Of a DNA stretch of 64,000 nucleotides, positions 59,446-64,000 are shown piece after piece. A program made the translations under genes and the position numbers. Numbering within the stretch: the first letter of the stretch is position 1; the number at the start of each line of letters is the position of its first letter. The stretch lies in the IMG/VR virus record IMGVR_UViG_3300023371_000084; one strand, given 5' to 3'. Source of the stretch: an uncultured virus (IMG/VR IMGVR_UViG_3300023371_000084) (taxonomy: Duplodnaviria > Heunggongvirae > Uroviricota > Caudoviricetes). Under the pieces are notes generated by a model that saw only the letters and a list, made by a program, of their open reading frames with translations, was not told the DNA's origin and did no database searches.

Positions 59446-59559
59446 AAATTTCGGAAATCTGTCACCCGGTCTTGTTGTTATGAACACTTCGCAGCTTTTA
59501 GCTGCAAAGCACTCACTGTATAGAATTAGAAAGAAGGATGGACGACACAGCCGAAATTT
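59446..59559 (-). ncRNA. Y-RNA-like repeat, copy A
   Basis: stem-GGCTG-TGTCGTC-CATCCTTCT...long GU-rich hairpin...GGGTGACA-GATTTCC-stem. Confidence 0.6.
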
Positions 59560-59612
59560 GGGGAAATCCCCGTCTATATGAAGGGCGAACGCCCGGAGGC
59601 TGACACACAACC

Positions 59613-61880
59613 TTACAGCAGATTACCCATGATGTAATCCATGTCAAAGGCCGTAATGATTGGTGTGTCCTTTTCACGGTTCACCATTTCAAGCTGATGC
59701 TCAGAACCTTCCACCATCACACATTCGATGGGCTTGGTCGTGTCATTGCTGAAAATGATATCCGCTTCGTTGCGGTTGTCCGTGATTGTTCCTCTTGCTT
59801 TTGCATTGAGCGCAATCAGATCATACAGATTGGGCTTGTTGAGATGCATCATGGCATAACAGATGGCCTGAACCTGAGAGAAGTTGTTTTCAATGTTATT
59901 GCCTCTGCTGGAAGCAAAGCTGTCGATAGACAGGCACATATCCAACCAGACAAATCGCTTCTCCTTGCAGTCAAAGATGACTGGAATGGAAACCTTGCTG
60001 TCAGAGGACACATTCATACACATCTCTACCGTGCGCGGCTCAAAGATTTCGCCGGAATTCTGGCTCTCCCTCTCCATCCAACCGAATCGGCTATTTGGCA
60101 TAGACGAGAACGGCTGCTGCGTGAAGCTATACACTTGGAAGCAGACATAACGGCCATGCTTTGCAGCCTCATCAATATTGATGTCGAGAAATTCTGCTAC
60201 GCCCTTACCCTTTACGCTTCCGCCATCGACAATATCGCCGGAATGAACGGCCATACAGCCGGAACGCAGATTGGTATAGGATACATGGGATACATACTTG
60301 AAATCCTCATCGAGAATACAGGCAGAAAGATCGATATCTACGCGGTTTTCATCACCGCGCCAATAATTCAAATCTTCATCCTTGATCTGCTTATCCGTAT
60401 TTGTCCACCAGATGAACGCACGGACAAACTTTGCATCCTTGCTGATCGGGATTGAGCTACCACGAACCATGATCTTGCTGCCGCTGGACGCGCTGCGCTG
60501 GCTGAACGGAACCATGAAGTTTTCCAGCTCAGGATCGACATAAACCCTGCCCATCTCCGGCTTATCCTTTTTAAACTGCGCGATGATTGCATTATTGCAG
60601 ATCATGACAACGCGCCTGCAAATTTCGTAGTCGATGGGTTTGAGTTCATTTGGCTCAACGATGGCATGCGCTACGCTGCCCTTCGGGAAGAAGACACGAA
60701 TGGGCGCATCGTTCTTATGACGAGCAAGGAAATGCTGACGAACCTGCAAAAGAACCGGGACGGCCACACGATCTGCAACCTTTTCAAACATGTCCACAAT
60801 ATCCTTTTGCCAATCCGTATCGCGGATGAGCTTATCGAGCCTGCGTGCAAACTCGCCGGGACGCTCCATCAGGAGATTAGCTGCCCCGACCATATCGCCC
60901 TTGGCGATCATGGTTTCCACATAGCCCGGATAGAGAAGCGGCTTTTTATCGTTTCTAAGCGACCTGAAATAATCGCATACGCCGCGATATTTCGGTTTAC
61001 CGACATATTCTCCGACATGCAGGATTTCTGCAACGCGAATCCACTCATCACGATAGCGGAAGAGGTCTTCGTAAATATCCCCGCAATGCGCAAGGAGATC
61101 CAGAATCATCCGGCGCTCCGATCTCTTGAGCGACCTGAACTTCGTTTTATCAGCCAAGCTGATATCGCCATCAGACATGGAAACGATGAGTCGAAGAACA
61201 TCCGTCGCCGTGGAGAAATACCGCTCGATGCACTTGGACGACTTTAGCGGCGACTTTTCGATAATGAGCTTTGAAATGAACGCCACATTCTCCTTGAGCG
61301 GAATCTCTTCCGGCATATGCTTGACATGGCTGACATTGTTTAAAACAATCCATTCCACATCTGCTTTATCCTGCTCAGACAGAGAAGTCTTGCTTCTAAG
61401 AAGATTGGAGAAGATATCCATCAGGTCTGCACCGTTTTCATCGGCAAGCGTCAGAATTTTCGCCTTGCACGTATCAAGCATAGGAAGACGCTCTTCCTTA
61501 ACGTATTCCGGCAGATACTCGCCATCCGTCACGTAATGCATGAGCGCATTGAAGAACAGCTCGATCAGAGGCGCATCGATAACCTGCTGTGGGAAGTTCG
61601 GATACATCGGATGATACTCCACATCCGCGCCGACCAACTTCTTGAGCATTGGAATGAGCTGCTTATAGAAGTCTTCCAGCTCTTTGTCGTTGTAATACAG
61701 CAGACGAGTCGCCGTATCCATGGAGAATGCAAAACCTAACGACTCCACATTCTTCGCCATGGCAAGCACTAGATTGGCACGGTCTGGATTGTAGAACCCA
61801 GCGTGGCGCTCAGGAATGGTGAGCTTATTTCTTCGGCGCAGAACAATTTCGTTAATCACAATGGCCGGATTACTCATCAT
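59613..61880 (-). CDS. large helical (TROVE/Ro-like?) protein with C-terminal TerD-like domain
   Basis: TATDVLR, RPGEFARRLD helical region; C-terminal DIDLSA, HSGD, G.AEF.DI TerD motifs. Confidence 0.75.
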   Translation of the reverse strand: MMSNPAIVINEIVLRRRNKLTIPERHAGFYNPDRANLVLAMAKNVESLGFAFSMDTATRLLYYNDKELEDFYKQLIPMLKKLVGADVEYHPMYPNFPQQVIDAPLIELFFNALMHYVTDGEYLPEYVKEERLPMLDTCKAKILTLADENGADLMDIFSNLLRSKTSLSEQDKADVEWIVLNNVSHVKHMPEEIPLKENVAFISKLIIEKSPLKSSKCIERYFSTATDVLRLIVSMSDGDISLADKTKFRSLKRSERRMILDLLAHCGDIYEDLFRYRDEWIRVAEILHVGEYVGKPKYRGVCDYFRSLRNDKKPLLYPGYVETMIAKGDMVGAANLLMERPGEFARRLDKLIRDTDWQKDIVDMFEKVADRVAVPVLLQVRQHFLARHKNDAPIRVFFPKGSVAHAIVEPNELKPIDYEICRRVVMICNNAIIAQFKKDKPEMGRVYVDPELENFMVPFSQRSASSGSKIMVRGSSIPISKDAKFVRAFIWWTNTDKQIKDEDLNYWRGDENRVDIDLSACILDEDFKYVSHVSYTNLRSGCMAVHSGDIVDGGSVKGKGVAEFLDINIDEAAKHGRYVCFQVYSFTQQPFSSMPNSRFGWMERESQNSGEIFEPRTVEMCMNVSSDSKVSIPVIFDCKEKRFVWLDMCLSIDSFASSRGNNIENNFSQVQAICYAMMHLNKPNLYDLIALNAKARGTITDNRNEADIIFSNDTTKPIECVMVEGSEHQLEMVNREKDTPIITAFDMDYIMGNLL

Positions 61881-62175
61881 CGTCTTCACTCCACTCTTCA
61901 TCGTCTTCATCATCTTCGGCGTACTCAGACAGGCGATCAAGAATCTTGGATACCAGCGCAAGCGCATCAACCTGACCCATGTCGCTTTGATACATCCACT
62001 CTCCGCCGCAGCTCAACGCAAGATCGTGCTTAGAAGCGTACTTATCAATCTCGTCGATTACGCGAACTGCAACATCAAGAGCATGCTTTTGCTCATCGTT
62101 TGCAACGCTGCGCACAGACAGAAGATGGGCGCACAGCTCCGTTTTCAGTCGAGTTCCCTTAACGGTGTTTTCCAT
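61870..62175 (-). CDS. hypothetical protein
   Basis: AGGAAGG RBS, acidic tail, coupled to TerD-like gene. Confidence 0.6.
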   Translation of the reverse strand: MENTVKGTRLKTELCAHLLSVRSVANDEQKHALDVAVRVIDEIDKYASKHDLALSCGGEWMYQSDMGQVDALALVSKILDRLSEYAEDDEDDEEWSEDDDE

Positions 62176-62212
62176 ACTTCACCTGTTCCTTCCTATTTGT
62201 ATAGGCAGGATT

Positions 62213-62500
62213 TTACTCCTCGCCGATAATCTCCAGAATCTTTTCACGAACCTTGTTATTGTCCTCGATTGCGCGGACACACTCTTCTCGCTTACCCTTT
62301 GCGAAGTTTTCCAGAATGGTAAAGCGCTCAACGGAAGCCTGAAGCTCCTCGTTATTGGCCTGCAAGCTCTGCGCAGTCTGTCTAAACGTCCTGACGGCAT
62401 TCTCGCGCATCAGGTTCAGATGAGCGACGTCATCTGAAATCTTGGTAGTGGCCGCAGAAATGACTTGCTCGGTTGTCTTCTTCTTATTCATCATACCCAT
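62213..62500 (-). CDS. hypothetical coiled-coil protein
   Basis: AAGGAG RBS. Confidence 0.6.
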   Translation of the reverse strand: MGMMNKKKTTEQVISAATTKISDDVAHLNLMRENAVRTFRQTAQSLQANNEELQASVERFTILENFAKGKREECVRAIEDNNKVREKILEIIGEE

Positions 62501-62521
62501 TTTCTTTTTCTCCTTTTTTCA

Positions 62522-62812
62522 TCAATATGCGTACAAAAGTACCTCGACCTTGCAAGAAAACGCACGCTTGAGCATTTCCTTGATCTCCTGAACGGCACCC
62601 TTGCAATAAGCGCTCGTATATCCTTCCGCCATACTGGTGGCAAGGACTTGACCTGCTGCATCCCGCTCAAGCCTTAGAGCGATATCATGCTGATTGGCAA
62701 AATCAATGACTGGCTGTGCCGTCTTCATGATCGAATCCGCATCAAATACTTTGGTGTGAATCTTCACGATCAATTTGCTGAACTTCTTTTCTCCCATACA
62801 CATTTCTCCCAT
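62522..62812 (-). CDS. hypothetical protein
   Basis: ORF in operon. Confidence 0.55.
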   Translation of the reverse strand: MGEMCMGEKKFSKLIVKIHTKVFDADSIMKTAQPVIDFANQHDIALRLERDAAGQVLATSMAEGYTSAYCKGAVQEIKEMLKRAFSCKVEVLLYAY

Positions 62813-63054
62813 TTATCCAGCGTCACAGGCGTAAGCCCACCATCCACATAGGCAATGCCACGGAGCCAGCCAAGGAAGTAAGCAAGCTTGATGAAGCTGA
62901 AAATACGCTTTGACTTGGTTTTGTGACTGAGCTTATCCAGATAAGGCGGATCAAGATCCTCCGCATTAAACCCCTGCTTGATGGCCGTCTCTTTTACCCA
63001 TTCGTACTGGCGCTTCAAGTTTTCACTGTTCCATCTGTGCGCCATGATCACCAC
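62770..63054 (-). CDS. hypothetical protein
   Basis: ORF in operon. Confidence 0.55.
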   Translation of the reverse strand: MVIMAHRWNSENLKRQYEWVKETAIKQGFNAEDLDPPYLDKLSHKTKSKRIFSFIKLAYFLGWLRGIAYVDGGLTPVTLDKWEKCVWEKRSSAN

Positions 63055-63290
63055 TCCATGTAGCGGATAATCTCATCGCCACACTCGCTGCAAACGTAAT
63101 GGCTGTAACCCTTCCTCACGCCACGCAGCATATAGCCTGTATAGCAATCCGGGCAAACACCCTCGTTCCACTTTCCTTCGTTGACCATGTTGATGCCAAA
63201 CGTCAGAAAGAACAGAATGATTAAGGCAATCGCACTGCCAAGGATATCCGGCGGAATGCTTTGAAGAAAAGATTTGATTTTCGACACTTG
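63048..63290 (-). CDS. small membrane protein with CxxC motifs
   Basis: TM segment then WN.G.CP.C...C..CG; probable GTG start. Confidence 0.5.
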   Translation of the reverse strand, partial: QVSKIKSFLQSIPPDILGSAIALIILFFLTFGINMVNEGKWNEGVCPDCYTGYMLRGVRKGYSHYVCSECGDEIIRYMEW

Positions 63291-63399
63291 ATCACCCCAT
63301 AAAATGCTCGTTTTATTGTGTATAAATAGCGCATATATTATCCATACATGCCTATATTTGCGCATTATGGATCGTATATTATACGCATAAATGCATAGA

Positions 63400-63476
63400 T
63401 GGTGGAGCTGAAGGGAATCGAACCCTCGACCTCCTGCTTGCAAGGCAGGCGCTCTAGCCATCTGAGCTACAGCCCC
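63400..63476 (-). tRNA. tRNA-Ala(TGC)
   Basis: cloverleaf, G3:U70, CCA. Confidence 0.95.
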
Positions 63477-63486
63477 ATGAAAATCT

Positions 63487-63557
63487 GCATCCACTCTGGA
63501 GTCGAACCAGAATCGTATCCTTTGGAGGGATCGGCACTGCCATTATGCTAATCGATG
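63487..63557 (-). tRNA. tRNA-Trp(CCA)-like, atypical (no encoded CCA end)
   Basis: GATCC-CTCCAAA-GGATA anticodon arm, TCTGG-TTCGACT-CCAGA T-arm. Confidence 0.6.
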
Positions 63558-63692
63558 CAGAGACTATTTTGCGGCATATCGTTTCAGCTTTCAAATACCC
63601 ACTACTCACCATCGTGGATGCCGCTGCAAGGTTGTCGTCCTGTAAGATGGCTTTTTGTTGAGAACAGGGCTATCTTACCAGTAACCTGCCTT

Positions 63693-63769
63693 TGGTGCGC
63701 CATCGGGGGATCGAACCCCGGACTCCGTGATTAAAAGTCACGTGCTCGTACCGACTGAGCTAATGGCGC
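63693..63769 (-). tRNA. tRNA-Lys(TTT)
   Basis: cloverleaf, CCA. Confidence 0.94.
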
Positions 63770-63772
63770 AAG

Positions 63773-63998
63773 CTCAATCCGCCACAACGAAATCCCAAAG
63801 CGATGCACGCTCCGCGATCTCGCGGCCTAGAAGATAAAGCTCAAACGAAGCAAGGAACTGAGGCCAAGAAGCGAACTTCTTCTGCGCTTCCGGGTAATCA
63901 TGGATGCATGCACGCCAGATCAGATAATCCATACGCAATGATGTCATCTGCACATGATAGTGCTTGTGATTGCTCGACGAGCTGCTATGATACAGCGT
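63773..63998 (-). CDS. 3' end of a hypothetical CDS running off the window
   Basis: open frame ...RASLWDFVVAD* up to the window edge. Confidence 0.45.
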
Positions 63999-64000
63999 GT

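Noticed and set aside
55971..59483. ORFs overlapping the tRNA/ncRNA cluster (e.g. 56043-56474, 57444-58160, 58870-59115, 59211-59483)
   Set aside because: They overlap clear tRNA or structured RNA genes and are spurious translations.
59106..59559. The three repeats as a mini-CRISPR array
   Set aside because: The conserved parts are split short motifs with internal covarying stems and unequal inserts, not identical direct repeats with uniform spacers.
59560..59612. A fourth Y-like repeat
   Set aside because: It has GGAAATC but lacks the AGAAGGATG/CAGCC partner and a closing stem.
14238..61536. Long + strand ORFs (e.g. 14238-15821, 30481-31863, 34192-35055, 59697-60455)
   Set aside because: They are antisense shadows of well-supported - strand genes, with no RBS or recognisable motifs.
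63571..63625. Hammerhead ribozyme (TGGTGAG...GAAAC)
   Set aside because: The core deviates from CUGANGA and stem II cannot be formed convincingly.
5769..64000. Stop-codon reassignment or suppressor tRNAs
   Set aside because: Core genes are intact in the standard code and end in TAA/TAG/TGA. Anticodons TAG, TAA and TGA are ordinary Leu/Leu/Ser; no CTA/TTA/TCA anticodon is present.

Overview
A 64-kb segment of a large temperate tailed phage, most likely of a Bacillota (Clostridia-type) host, apparently in its excised (attP) form. Bases 1-5.4 kb (+ strand) hold the end of the tail/lysis module. A tyrosine integrase and excisionase flank an attP-like site carrying what looks like the 3' end of a host lysS gene. 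Everything from 5.8 to 64 kb is on the - strand. It includes nucleotide metabolism (dUTPase, nrdD/nrdG, gmk, thyX), replication (DnaE, primase, DnaB, SSB, Sak), RNA repair (RNA ligase, PNK-HD, Thg1, pol-beta NTase), DNA methyltransferases, candidate anti-defence sponges (Tad2/DUF2829, Gp49/66), many small hypothetical genes and 14 tRNA or tRNA-like genes. Three things stand out. (1) An array of three covarying Y-RNA-like structured RNAs, one carrying a circularly permuted tRNA fold, lies directly downstream of a large helical+TerD (Ro/TROVE-like) gene. (2) A pncA - PRS-like - NAMPT-like (Asp219-equivalent changed to Ala) - macrodomain - nadE operon suggests a nicotinate-routed NAD+ reconstitution pathway. 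(3) A ~580-nt structured ORF-free segment in the tRNA array resembles a ROOL-type large ncRNA. All family calls come from motif recognition by eye; no searches were run.
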